Assembly (NCBI GenBank): GCA_951406725.2
Contig: OX597821.1
Span: 89,900,001 to 89,964,000, forward strand
DNA from: Octopus vulgaris
Lineage: Eukaryota
Length of the DNA stretch: 64,000 nt
Direction of reading: 5' to 3'
The translations under genes and the position numbers were made by a program. Below the pieces are notes generated by a model. That model worked only from the letters and a program-made list of their open reading frames with translations, was not told the origin of the DNA and did not search any database. Positions 24,688-37,403 of the stretch are shown piece by piece (the first letter of the stretch is position 1; each line of letters starts with the position of its first letter).

Positions 24688-25868
24688 CTATATATAATTA
24701 ATTCTTTCAGTGATTCCAGTCATTGGTATGTGGCCATGCTGGGGTACTGACCTTCTGCTTTATAGGCGATTACATTACCTCTAGTATTTGTAAATTAAAA
24801 TTTTTTTAATCAGTATCGGAATGATGAATTGCAAAGATGACCTGGGCAGGATTTCAACTCATAACGTAAAACTACATAATTAAATACCACAAGTTTATTT
24901 ATTTGATTCTCTACCGATCCAGTCAACTACTTCTAATGTAGGTGAATAATGATTTGTAACTAAGGAACAAAGTCTTAGTTAGGAATCGTCCAACAATTTT
25001 AGACGTGAATATGCTTCAATTAAATTGTTCCCAGTACATGGCAATTCGCTTACCCACCTCTAACGTAGTTAAATAATGAATAACATTCATATATTTATTA
25101 ATATAATTGTTGAGAATTTTCTGAAAACTGTAATTTGTTGCATAAATAGAATGACTTCAGTACCTAATCAGTATTAAAGAATAAATTTGCAAAATCTTCC
25201 GGTCATTTATGGAAGCTGTTAAATGAGTTTAGTTGCCGTCTTATGATCTTAGGAAGCTGTCTTTTTATAGATACATTCCATCAGCAATATTCTTTAATTA
25301 GATCTTGTGCGTTTCGTATAGATTCGCATTCTTTCATTTGAATTGTGTGGTTCTAAGAAATTTGCCTACTGGCAGTGAATATAACTGATTTTATATGCCA
25401 CAGGTTGTATTGAAAATTGGAATCTGTCGCTTTTTAAATAAAATTCCCCGTTTTCATTATGTGTTGAGATTCAAGAATGAAGATGAATTTTCCTTCTTCC
25501 TCAACTTTTAACTATAGTTTCCCCGGAATGTATTTTAATTCAGAACGACAAGACATTGACTAAATTAAATAGAAAGTTTCGAAGAAAATGTTGGAGTTAC
25601 TCCGGTTTTATTAGAGAATAGCATGTTGGTAGTTTTATTATTTGTTTATTTTTTCTTTTACCAGTTTCCGTCATTAGACTCTGGCCACACTGGAACATCA
25701 TCATCAAAAATTGTAGTATTTGTTCCTAAGAGGCCACCGTAGTTATTTCAGTCTGGTACCTGGTTTACTGTTATATATTTTTCCAATTGCAAAGGTATGC
25801 CTTTTCATACGCTACCGGTTTTTACACAAGCAAACATAAAACCAAACACGATTGGCACACACACACAG

Positions 25869-25900
<32 letters not shown>

Positions 25901-26479
25901 AAACAAACAAAGAGGCATGCACATACACTGACAAATATTCATACATATATATTCCATCATTATAAGCACTTTTTTCCATTTTTTCATGCTCTCATGGGTT
26001 GGACGGTTTTCATACACCGAATCAGTTCTGATTTTCATTAGATACGACACAGGCTGAGTCACACTTTCCTAACAAGTTTTTAAGTGGTTTCTAATTCTAT
26101 GGCTAGATACCCTTCTTATCACCAACCACTTCACAGAGTGTGCTAGGTACATTTAATCGTGTTGTCTTGTCTCAGTGATATCTCTCATTCTCGCATTTCT
26201 TTCAATTCTTCGTTTACGGGCGATTCAGAAGTTGTATCTCCCCCATCATGACTAAATAAGATCCTTACTTCTCTACATCATCTCCCACCGTTTAATCCTT
26301 CCCTTTTCACACAATGTGTGCGAAGAGACCCAGGATAAGAGGAAAAAAGAGTAAAAGGGAATCAAATGACAAGCATAAGGAGATGACAGAAAGTCAGGGT
26401 TGTAGTAGTAGTAGTAGTAGTAGAGAGAGAGTGAGAGAGAGAGAGATAAACTGCTATAATGACAGATATTCTTTTCTAT

Positions 26480-26684
26480 TCTAGACACAAGGCTCGAAAC
26501 TTTGGGAAAAGGAGACAGTCGATTAAATCGACCTCAGTAAGCAACTGGCGCTTAATTTATCGACCCCGAAAGGATGAAAGGCAAAGTTGACCTCGGCGGA
26601 ATTTGAACTCAGAAACTGAAGACAGACGAAATGGTGATAAGCATTTTGGGCGGCATGCAAACGGTTCTACCAGTTCGCTGCCTT
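26480..26684 (-). mobile_element. SINE group B
   Basis: Group B core and head. Confidence 0.85.
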
Positions 26685-27170
26685 AAGCAGAGGAAAGAAT
26701 AGAAGATGAGAGAGACAGAGTAATGGATAATTAAAACAATGGCGTGTGGTATTTGAGGTAACTTTGGTTTCTATTTCAAGTAGGTCGAATGGCAATGCAA
26801 AGACTGTTTCATTAGCTCGAACGGTTTTGTTGAGTAATTCAATTTAAATAGGATCGAACAGACGTCGGGGGAAAAGCGTACTAGTCACCATTAGATCATT
26901 TTGTATATCTGGGGTTATAATATGTTGTAATGTAACATTCTGAATTAAGATGGCAAGTTATAATTTGAGGAAAATTTTCTCACCATTTGTAACGTGTTGT
27001 CTTATCCTAAAGAGGTTTCCTCGTCAGAGGTACCAGTCAGTAATAAAGTGTTTTGTGGATAGGATCAGCTTGTTATTTCTATAATTCTAGATAAAAATAT
27101 AATAGAGGTTAAGTTGGTAGCAATGTTGTATTGTCTGTGATGTAGAAATCATTGCTTCTTAGCCGCCAGT

Positions 27171-27400
27171 CTTTACTCTTTTACTCTTTTACTTGTTTCA
27201 GTCATTTGACCGTTGCCATGCTGGGGCACCGCCTTTAGTCGAGCAAATTGACCCCAGGACTTACTCTTTGTAAGCCTAGTGCTTATTCTATCGGTCTCTT
27301 TTGCCGAACCGCTAAGTTACGTGGACGTAACACACCAGCATCGGTTGTCAAGCGATGTTGGGAGGACAAACACAGACACTCAAACGTATACACACACACA

Positions 27401-27431
<31 letters not shown>

Positions 27432-27570
27432 GACGGGCTTCTTTCAGTTTCCGTCTACCAAATCCACTCACAAGGCTTTGGTCGGCCCGAGGCTATAGTA
27501 GAAGACACTTGCCCAAGGTGCCACGCAGTGGGACTGAACCCGGAACCATGTGGCTGGTAAGCAACCTGCT
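27171..27570 (-). mobile_element. SINE group A
   Basis: Similarity to group A; extreme 5' end missing. Confidence 0.9.
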
Positions 27571-28547
27571 TTGCACGCACAAATTAATCCTATGTGATAT
27601 TCCAATGATCCTCGACTTAACGTTTTATCAGCAATAATGTATCAAGAATTATACTATCCATAGTGTCCTTCCTTTTTAAAAAATGATAGGAATTTATTTG
27701 TGTGTTATATTACTGCTATTTCTAGCAAGCTGAGTTTATGCCATGCAGAAGTAATTATTATTTATAACTGATTGTCAAATGTTAGACCCGCAGAGATGAC
27801 TCCACAATGTGTTTTCAATTCCTAGTCAAAGTCATTCTCGTTCAAATGCACAATGGATAATATAGTTCTCGATAGACTTTGGTTGAATAAAAGATAAGTC
27901 GGGGATCACTGGAATATCATATATGATTAATTTGTGCCGACTTTCTACCAACTTAGTCTCTATCATATTTGCCTAACATTATAGAAATAGCAAGCTGATC
28001 CTATCCACCTAACACTTTGTTGTTGATTGGTATCTTTATTGCTGACTGCTACTAAAACCTTTTATTCTTAACCAGTTTTTATATAGAATGGTACAGAATT
28101 CTATTTTGTTAATTTTAAATATTCCCTGTGTCCGCTAGTAACCAAAGTAAGTCGAAGGAGCCGAGTCTATATAATTAATTTGATGACTGTTTGATAGCCA
28201 TTATATTTGATGTATTCTGCTAATTCCCTTAAGTTCGACATGAACATCACGCCATCTCTCAAATCTTCTACGGGGATCACTAGGGTTTGCTAGAAACAAC
28301 TACTAGATCTTACTCAAATTGTACCTTGTCATCTTAAAAAAAAATCAAAAAACAAAATTCGCTGAACATTGTTGTTCCCAATATACGGAAAGACCGAATA
28401 ATCTAGAATGCTTTTCGCCAAATGTTTCCTTGATCATAATTGACCTGGAACTAAAGAACAACAGCAAATTTTCCAAGGAGACATATGTTTTTGTAACTAG
28501 AAACTGATATTAGTTTTGACAAGGAAAAAAACAAACTGTTATTGATC

Positions 28548-28732
28548 TTTTTCTTGTTTCAGTCATTTGACGGCGGCCATGCTGGAGCACCGCCTTTAGT
28601 CGAATCAAATCGACCCCAGGACTTATTCTTTGTAAGTCTAGTACTTATTCTATCGGTCTCTTTTGCCGAACCGCTAAGGTACGGGGACGTAAACACACCA
28701 GCATCGGTTGTCAAGCGATGTTGAGGGAACAA

Positions 28733-28763
<31 letters not shown>

Positions 28764-28940
28764 CATACACATATATACGACGGGCTTCTTTCAGTTTCCG
28801 TCTACCAAATCCACTCACAAGGCTTTGGTCGACCCGAGACTATAGTAGAAGACACTTGCCCAAGGTGCCACGCAGTGGGACTGAACCCGCAAACGTGTGG
28901 TTGGTAAGCAAGCTACTTACCACACAGCCACTCCTACACC
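28548..28940 (-). mobile_element. SINE group A
   Basis: Similarity to group A. Confidence 0.9.
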
Positions 28941-29029
28941 TTATTTTTGTGAGAATATCTATTTTGTGAGAATATATATTTTGTGACATTGAAACATTTT
29001 CATTTAGCTTCACTAGGATAAGGAAGGAA

Positions 29030-29235
29030 AGAGAGCTGGTAGAATGGTCATCGCGTCGGATAAAAAGCTTAGCAGCATATCTTCCGGCTCATTACGTTCT
29101 ATATTCAAATTCCGCCGAGGTTTGACTTTGCCTTTTATCCTTTCGGGTTTGATAAAATAAGTACCATTCAAGTACCTGTGTTGACTAACACTTGTCCTCT
29201 AAAAATTGCTGGCCTTGTGTCAAAATTTGAAATAT
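29030..29235 (+). mobile_element. SINE group B, diverged
   Basis: ttcaaattccgccgagg...gccttttatcctttcggg...aataagtacc. Confidence 0.75.
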
Positions 29236-30613
29236 TCATTAGGCCAAGCAAAATGAAATTACTTCTTCTTAAAATTGAAACTGCCATGCAAAATTGGCTT
29301 ATTTAGTGATTACGTCTTTATAGTGTTTGTAACCAATAAGAAATCGATATTAATTAACAAGAAAGGACATTGAATTGGCAGCATTGTAAGAGCTTTCAAC
29401 TAAATGTATGTATTTAGTGATAATCCGGAAGAATCGAAGCCAAGGGATGTAACAGCATCTAAATCTCAGCCCAACAGATGACAAGGTCACAATTGATCGA
29501 ATACTCAAGAGAAACCTTGTTAATTCATGAAACACTTAAACATTAATAATTATTGATACTATCGATGAAAAACAAACAATGAGCTGTCTCATTAAAGCCA
29601 ATATAATAACCATGCCGAGAGACATCGGCATTAGAAGCAAAGAGAAAATATACTGCATAAAAAAAAATTTGCGCACAAAAAAAAAAAAATCATTAGGTTT
29701 CTTATACAATCCCAGTGACTTTATTTTGAAGACCACTCATTATTTCTGTTCGTGTCTTTCAATTTCCTTTCCCTTTTGTTGGATGACAGGAAAAGGTGGA
29801 GCATTTGGTAAAATACCTTACAGTGTCTTTTTACATGCTGAGTTCAAATCCTACCGAAGTGAATTTACCTTTGATCGTTCTCGAGTTGGTACAACATATA
29901 ATACAAATCAATCAATGATGACTTTGGAAGATTTATTCTGGACTACTCTCGCCTCTAAATTTCTAGCTTTGTTTTGTGTTTAATATCGCTGATTATTTGT
30001 ATTCATTCATAGTCTAATTTATTTTAATAAGATGGTAGAATTGTTAGAGAACTGGACACAATGTCTTTTGTTGTTTAATTACGTCCCTTTAAAACCTAAG
30101 TTTAAATTCAGATGAGATTGGCATTACCTTTCATCCTTCTGGGATCAATAAAACAATGCCCCAATCAAATACTAGTGCCGATTTAAATGACTACTTTTCA
30201 TCTGAATTTTGTGGGTCTGTGCAATATAGATTTGATAATGTATGCCAAAATTTTGGGGCAACACAATCAAATTTTAATTCCTATTCTTTGTACCACATTC
30301 ATTTTCCATTGGTATTTGTTGTTAAATCAATTTTTGCATTGTATACACACACACATACACACATACACTCTCTCACTTTCTCTCTCTTTCTCTCTCTTTC
30401 TCCCTCTCTCACACACACAATTAAGCAGACACCCATTATGTGTATATATCAATTATGCCTAATCAATTGCTATAGGGAAATCTTGTAGATTGTTGCCTTA
30501 TGTCTTCTTTGCCACTTTTGAATGTATCAGGAAAACATTACAATTTTTAGTTTTTACGTAACCGTGAGCAGACGCATGAATATTGTTTTGATCATGCAGA
30601 ATATCGAAAATTT

Positions 30614-30616
<3 letters not shown>

Positions 30617-30658
<42 letters not shown>

Positions 30659-30731
30659 TGTGTGTGTGTGAGAAAGAGAGAGAGAGAGTGAGTGTGTGTG
30701 TGTGTGAAAGAGAGAGAGAGAGAGAGGGAGG

Positions 30732-30781
<50 letters not shown>

Positions 30782-30877
30782 AAGAAAGCGGGGAGGGCTG
30801 TATAAGTAGGCTATTGATATTTGTGTATTATGAATATATAAGTATACAGAACGCACGGACGCAAACGCGCACACACA

Positions 30878-30915
<38 letters not shown>
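30617..30915. repeat. Compound (GA)n/(GT)n/(CA)n microsatellites
   Basis: Direct reading. Confidence 0.92.
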
Positions 30916-30916
<1 letters not shown>

Positions 30917-31559
30917 ATTCAAATCTGCGGTCAGTCAGAAGAGAATCTGAACTTTATAAAACAGAAAATTCAAACAAATTTGTTCCTTTACCCACAATTT
31001 TATCAGAATTCTTTCCCGCCCTGTCGATATTCTGTCTCCAACGATTTATTTCTCACTTGAGAATCAATTGTGAGGCATTGTGGTGCCAAGATCGCGTGAC
31101 AAATTTTCGTGGACCTCTTGGTTAATCGGAAAACGGTAGCCTTTCAGAGTGCATTTAGTCTTTGGTACAAAAAGTTCCTAAGATCCAGTTCTGCATAGTT
31201 AGGTCAAGTAAAAGCAACATTCATTCGTCCCATGTTTAGCCGAACAGTCGATGATTAAAGGTAATTCGTGAGCAGGTGTATCAACGTGGAGCAACGCCAT
31301 GTTTTGTCTGACCATGCTTCAAATTTCTTTCTTTGAGACAATTCTCTCTTAAACGCTTCAGCATAAATAAAATATTTTTTATCACTTCAAATTATACATA
31401 TATATTTATGCATATCTGTATAAATTAATCACACACACAGGGTGATTGTAAAGTAACACTCTATTTTAGAATACTTGTAAATAATTTATTAATTGGAGTT
31501 TTTCTCAAATCTTTTGTGTTTGTTCTTCGAAGTATGAGAATTTAATACTCTTGTCGTTC

Positions 31560-31828
31560 GTGAATGGCTGAGATAGATGGGGCGTTGTGGTCCGCATGAG
31601 TGGCCAGCCAGGTGTCCCGACTTAACACCTTATGATTTCTTTCTTTGGGGTTGTTTAAAAGAACAAGTCTATTGTACCAAGCCAAAGACCTTGGAAGAAC
31701 TTGAAGAGCGAAAACGAGGAGTTATGTCTTCTTCCATCTCATAAGAATTCCTGATGAAATCAGTTGAGGCAATTCCTGGCCAACTCAAGTAGCTGGTAGC
31801 GACACCTGGAGCCCATATTGAATTTTAA
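31560..31828 (+). pseudogene. Transposase C-terminal fragment (WPxRSPDL-type)
   Basis: GRCGPHEWPARCPDLTPYDFFLWGCLKEQVYCTKPKTLEELEER...GAHIEF*. Confidence 0.85.
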
Positions 31829-32324
31829 ATAAAACCTCATACTAAAAGCTGTTATAGACATTTTTTTTGTAAAAATTACAATTAATAATTAATACTGGTC
31901 TACAACTATTTTTCATCAAGCATATGTCAATGTGTACTTAGTATAGTTTTTAATGTTGATTTCAGATATACAATTAGTTTTTTGACATCGCGTACAGTTT
32001 TCAAGATGAGAAAGGTTTTTGGTTTTAGCTCATATATTATACAGAAATTCCAATTAATGACGTGTATGCATGTATTTCATTTACTTCATGGAAACATACC
32101 TTTAAAATAAACTACATTATTCATTGCTGCATAGTTCAGATGCAATATTTCATCATCTTAAATTAAATAATCAAGTTTTGTCTGATGAAATAGGTATTTC
32201 AATATCTCCAATTGTCCATTCATAATTGGTCTGATGAAATATTTCATCATCTCAAATTCAATATAAGTATAACCGTTTGTATCTAGTTCCTTTCTTGTTT
32301 TACAGTCTTGGCAAAGATAAAACA

Positions 32325-33033
32325 GAGTAGAAATCGTCTTGATGTGTTTTGTTGTTTGTGGACAGTTTATTGTGTAAGCTCAAAAATGCACAATAACACC
32401 AAGGATTGAGAAGATTTATGAGCTATACTTTGATTGTCCTCTTGGCGATCAGGACAAGCTATGGACACCACATTTTATCCGTTCAGCTTGCACAAGTGGC
32501 TTACGTGACTGGTTCAATAATAAGGAGTCCATGTCTTTTGCCATTCCAATGATATGGAGGGAGCCGAAAGACCATTTTAATGACAGTTATTTTTGCAAAG
32601 TAAATGTCACAGGATTTTCTATGAAGAAAAAACACAAAACTGTGTATCCCAATTTGGATTCTGCGATGTAAACTTCCAGACAAGATTGGGTGAACTGGAA
32701 CTGCTTGCCTGGAATGCCTTCCATCGGATCTGTAAGAATTACTTGGGCAACAAGAAGGCAATGAATTACAAGGACGGCATCAAGAATGTTCTGAAATGTT
32801 ACACAGCAATAGGTTGTCGCATGCCACTGAACGTTCACTTCTTGAACTCCCATCTAGATTTCTTCGCAGTGTCTGATGAACATGGGGAAAGATTTCACAA
32901 GGACATTAGTGCTATAGAGAAACGGTACCAAGGCTTCTTGAATGACAGTATGCTGGCTGACTACTGTTGGACACTTTACAGTGATCAACCAGATCAGGAA
33001 CACCACAGGAAATCCAAATCACAATGTTTCTAA
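32325..33033 (+). pseudogene. Chapaev3-like transposase, N- and C-terminal parts joined by a deletion near 32668
   Basis: LGDQDKLWTPH...PMIWREPKDHFNDSYFC...YPNLDSA, then VHFLNSHLDFF-AVSDEHGERFHKDISAIEKRYQG...MLADYCW. Confidence 0.8.
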
Positions 33034-33087
33034 CACTGTTGTTCGAACTTTGTTGTGTCTGACCCATTTATTGTGTATTCACTCTTT

Positions 33088-33537
33088 GTAGAATGATGGC
33101 AGAATCCCCAAGGACATACTCTACGGAGAGCTTGCTAGGGGTACTAGGTCTGTGGGAAGACCGTTCTTACGTTACAAGGATGTTTGCAAAAGGGACATGA
33201 AGGCCTGCAAAATCAATATTAGCAATTGGGAATCAGTTGCCAGCAACCGTGGAGATTGGCGACGTACCGTAAAAGAGGGAGTACAAAGGAGTGACAGAGA
33301 GAGAGAGAGAGAGGAGAAATGAAAGACAAGAAAAGACGTCAACAAGAAACTATGAAAATACAACCAGCCAGGAACAGTCTTCGCTACATTTGCGCCACCT
33401 GCCGGAGGGAGTGTTTGGCCAGCATAGGACTACACAGCCACAGCAGGAAATGTATTAGGACATGAAATGTAAAAGCCGGACTAGACTATTTTATGCGCAA
33501 CTCCATTGTCTCCCGAGACAAAAAGGATACCAACAAC
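33088..33537 (+). mobile_element. RTE (BovB-like) LINE 3' fragment nested in the Chapaev3-like element
   Basis: DGRIPKDILYGELARGTRSVGRPFLRYKDVCKRDMK...WR...YICATCRRECLASIGLHSHSRKC; ends ccattgtctcccgagac...caacaac. Confidence 0.85.
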
Positions 33538-33961
33538 TGTCTAAAAATAATATGTACTTATTTATTACGTTAATGATTTCATATATACAAATATGTAAAT
33601 ATTTGCAGGTATCTACTGAAAAACTGACACGTGCTGCATATAAATGGAGTAAAATTTTGAAATCAACATGAAAAATTGGTGTAAAAAAGTTGGTTTGCAT
33701 TCATAATGAGCATAATATTTTTAATTTTGTTTCCCAGTGTAATTTATAAGTATTTGAAAATAGGGAGTTACTTTTCAATCACACTGTATATACACACATA
33801 TATTTATAAGTTCATATAATATATAAATTATATATATGTGTGTGTGTGTGTGTATGTATACATATATGTGTGTATATATGTATACGTATATAACTATATA
33901 AGAGAAATACATTGCACAATTTATATTTATACATAAACATACAAGATTTTAGGAAAATAAA

Positions 33962-34110
33962 AATAAGTGGAAATTTTACCGGTGAGTGTGTTAACTTATG
34001 AGGCACAACAAGAAAATGACTCTCCCCAGACACAACAGAATATGCTTCAACACACGAACTCATATAAAGAATCTTGCAAACCAAATCCAAAAGCGAAACA
34101 TACACGATTT
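33962..34110. repeat. Unclassified interspersed repeat; related fragment at ~14345-14420
   Basis: gtggaaat....ccggtgagtgtgttaa...aggca...aatgact...cagacacaaca shared by both sites. Confidence 0.55.
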
Positions 34111-34159
34111 TTTTTACATATAATACATTGTATTCAGTGCCTATACATAATGTAAAAGT

Positions 34160-34191
<32 letters not shown>

Positions 34192-34259
34192 TGTATGTAT
34201 GTATGTATGTATGTATGTATGTATGTATGCATGTATGTATGTATGTATGTATATGTATA

Positions 34260-34300
<41 letters not shown>

Positions 34301-35278
34301 ATAAATGCTGTAAATGTATTTATGTGTTACTATTAGTTTCATGTGCTGAGAGCATGACAAACAGTGTTTTTAAAACCTCTGGTTTCCTAGTACTACCACG
34401 CTAGATGTTAAAAATACTGATTGAATGCCCGCAGCACATGAATCTAATAGTAGCACATAAATACAAATAGTGTGTTTATTAAATAATATTTATCTCTCGC
34501 GAGTCGGAGTATTGTTTATTATTTTTTTTATCTTACCATCACAGAACAGTATATCATGTGTGTGTGTGTGTGTGTGTACATCCCGCGCTGCATACATAAA
34601 GCACACGTAACAAATTGATGTGTTTCACTTTCTTTTGTTCTGTTAAAATACATTTCCGTTTAAATTTGTTTACCAATACATGGAAGATAAATTAATGAGC
34701 GTGTTAGAATTTATAACTCTCGTCCACTTTGCATGTGAAAATTCCTTGTTTTGTTGTAGCATGTACAACAAACTATTTACAAATTCTTCTTTGGAATGTT
34801 TAATTAAAACCCAATAAACAACACGTGTATTTCCTTTCATATATACTGTAAACACGTATGTATAAGTATATATGGTGTATGCTACTTCTTTACTAAAGAA
34901 GTCCATCTCTTCAATTAGTAAATGCCGTCATGAGATCTCATATAACTAACAAGGCCGGTTTTCGACAAACAGACTCTACTGCAGCTGTTAAAAAATTTTC
35001 AGGCAGAACATGTACTTGCGGTTCACGTTGAGTCCTATTTACGAAGTGCTCGTTTCAAGATCGATTGTTCAATTCATCGTATTTCAAAATGCTTTAAAAC
35101 CGTTGAAGATCACTACTTTCTGAACCACTCAATCTTCTATCAACTGTTCCCGATCTTCAACATTCACTCTGTGTGTGTGTGTGTGCGCGTGTGTGTGTGT
35201 GTCTGTGTCTCCGTGTGCACGTATGTGTACATAGCATATGTATATACATGTACTCACATAGATATACACACTGATACA

Positions 35279-35319
<41 letters not shown>

Positions 35320-35424
35320 AAGTAATATAAGTTTTAAACGTATGTGGCTGAACGAAATATCATATAAATGTACAAACGGCCTCACACCCACAAACGAACG
35401 TGCACAAAACTATTCTGAGTTCCT

Positions 35425-36000
35425 TAGTTGTTCGTGGATTGTCATTTATAGAATTAAAATGCCGTCATCTCGATAAAGACCACCTTTGATTCCCAGTTTA
35501 CATTTTTTGTCGTATGTAGATATTAATGCTGTCATTGGCGTCCGTGAAATGCCGGGTACACATAATGATACCGAAAGTGTCTTTGGATTTCCTATTGATC
35601 CATAAGTCATGGTTTTATTTGACAAACGTCTTTCGAGCATACATAATGACGTTCGCTTGTTTCTCCGTAATGTTTGCGATGGATTTATTGTAATTTATGG
35701 TTTTCATTAAAATGGCTAAAGTGACCGATGAGTATTAGCAACTAATGTCAAACTGGTAAAATTTGCATCTGTTTTTATCGGTAATTGCCTTAAGCCCTCA
35801 AACTTTTAAAGAATTTAGGTTTCTTGATAACCATTAATGCTCATCTCACAAAAGTCGATTGTCTGGATGTTACCCTGCGTTTATTACCTCTAACTGCCTT
35901 TATTACCGGTAACATAAATGTAATGAAATACTAAGTTATAGCCATACTCATAACAAGCACTCTGACGTATCATTAACTACCTTATCTATAATACCTCGTA
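35425..36000. pseudogene. Penelope-like reverse transcriptase relic with an inverted 5' part
   Basis: Minus strand 35425-35797: KAITDKNRCKFYQFDI...YARKTF...GGLYRDDGILI; plus strand from 35798: LKLLKNLGFLITINAHLTKVDCLDVTL. Confidence 0.75.
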
Positions 36001-36317
36001 TAGGGTGTTGTGATAAATGTTGCTGTACGCTGAGTTGTTGCAATGAGACAGTGGTCAAATGATCCAACAGGTGCAATGGAAATATAGTTTTCTACAGTCT
36101 TTGAAGGTGAACAAGAGATCCATGGTGATCAGGCTGTCTGAGCGATGTATTTAGATAATGAGTTAAAATGAGGAAGAGTGGCAAACCTTGCAAAATATCG
36201 GCTTCTGTAACGATGGCAACAGTGTGAGATGAGTGATGGCGTTACGAAGAGTTGTGGATGTTGAAGACATCGACGACGATGACTTCAAAGAGGAATGTAT
36301 TTAGAATTTAGAGGAGC

Positions 36318-36505
36318 CTAGGACATTTGCCTCCATGGAAAATAACCCCCCTCCACAAAGACAGTCACCCCTGAGGACAACAGATGATGATTTAAAACTT
36401 CTGAATATATTGGAGAGGGGGTAATTAATCAAGGGTGGTAATTGTCCTAGGGGGTAGTTGTCGTCGGAGCGGGGGGAATTGTTTTGTGGGGGTAATTGTC
36501 CTGAT
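36318..36505. mobile_element. Small foldback/MITE built from GGGGTAATTGTCC subrepeats
   Basis: ggacatttgcc/taacccc/ggacaa motifs at left are inverted against four ggtaattgtcc-like motifs at right. Confidence 0.5.
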
Positions 36506-36525
36506 ACGATTTAGATATGTGTCCT

Positions 36526-36937
36526 CTCTTCACTCTTTTACTCTTTTATTTGTTTCAATCATTAGACTGTGGCCATGCTGGAGCACCACCTTTTGTCGAG
36601 CAAATCGACCCCCCAAGACTTATTCTTTGTAAGCCTAGTAATTATTCTATCGGTCTCTTTTGTCGAACCGCTAAGTTACGGGGACGTAAACACACCAGCA
36701 TCGGTTCTCAGGCGATGTTGGGGACAAACATAGAAACACAAATACATACATCCGCATATATATATATATATATATATGACAGGCTTCTTTCAGTTTCCGT
36801 CTACCATATCCACTCACAAGGCTTTGGTCGACCCGAGACTATAGTAGAAGACACTAAGCCAAGGTGCCTCGCAGTGGGACTGAAACCGGAGCCATGTGGC
36901 TGGGAAATAAACTTCTTACTACACAGCTATTCCTGCG

Positions 36938-36940
<3 letters not shown>
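36526..36940 (-). mobile_element. SINE group A
   Basis: Similarity to group A. Confidence 0.9.
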
Positions 36941-36976
<36 letters not shown>

Positions 36977-37004
36977 GGTATAGATATAGATATAGATAGA
37001 TAGG

Positions 37005-37063
<59 letters not shown>

Positions 37064-37362
37064 TTAGATAGATAGATTGAATAGTGGTACAACAATGCAC
37101 CAGTATTTACTGGAATAGCAATCGCCAATATATCGACGCTATATTAAAGCTTCACTGTATGTAGACATATATATTGGTAAAGATGTTTGCGGGCGGCGAG
37201 CTTGAAAAGTTTCATCCTACCTGTAGGAAGAATGAAGATAATCTAGGACCTAGGTTTCGAACTTTCCAAATTACATTAGTTAACGTAAATTTGATTAGTT
37301 CTCTTCGGCCAGATTCACCTAGACAAAATTTCGAATGTTGCTGCATCAATGCTAGTATATAT

Positions 37363-37403
<41 letters not shown>

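Larger units (their letters stand above)
31893..33739 (+). mobile_element. Chapaev3-like (CMC) DNA transposon, internally deleted
   Basis: Ends (t)ACTGG...CCAGTG with a 3-bp TAA duplication; transposase remnants inside. The family name is from my recall of the motifs. Confidence 0.7.
31438..33786 (+). mobile_element. Tc1/mariner-superfamily element (rosa/maT-like), internally deleted; outer member of a nest
   Basis: TIRs cagggtgattgtaaagtaacactctatttt / aaaatagggagttacttttcaatcacactg|TA; peptide EWPARCPDLTPYDFFLWGCLKEQVY at ~31597-31670. Confidence 0.85.

Noticed and set aside
31148-31260. AG...GT-bounded candidate coding exon
   Set aside because: Stops in all three frames and no evidence for a non-coding exon
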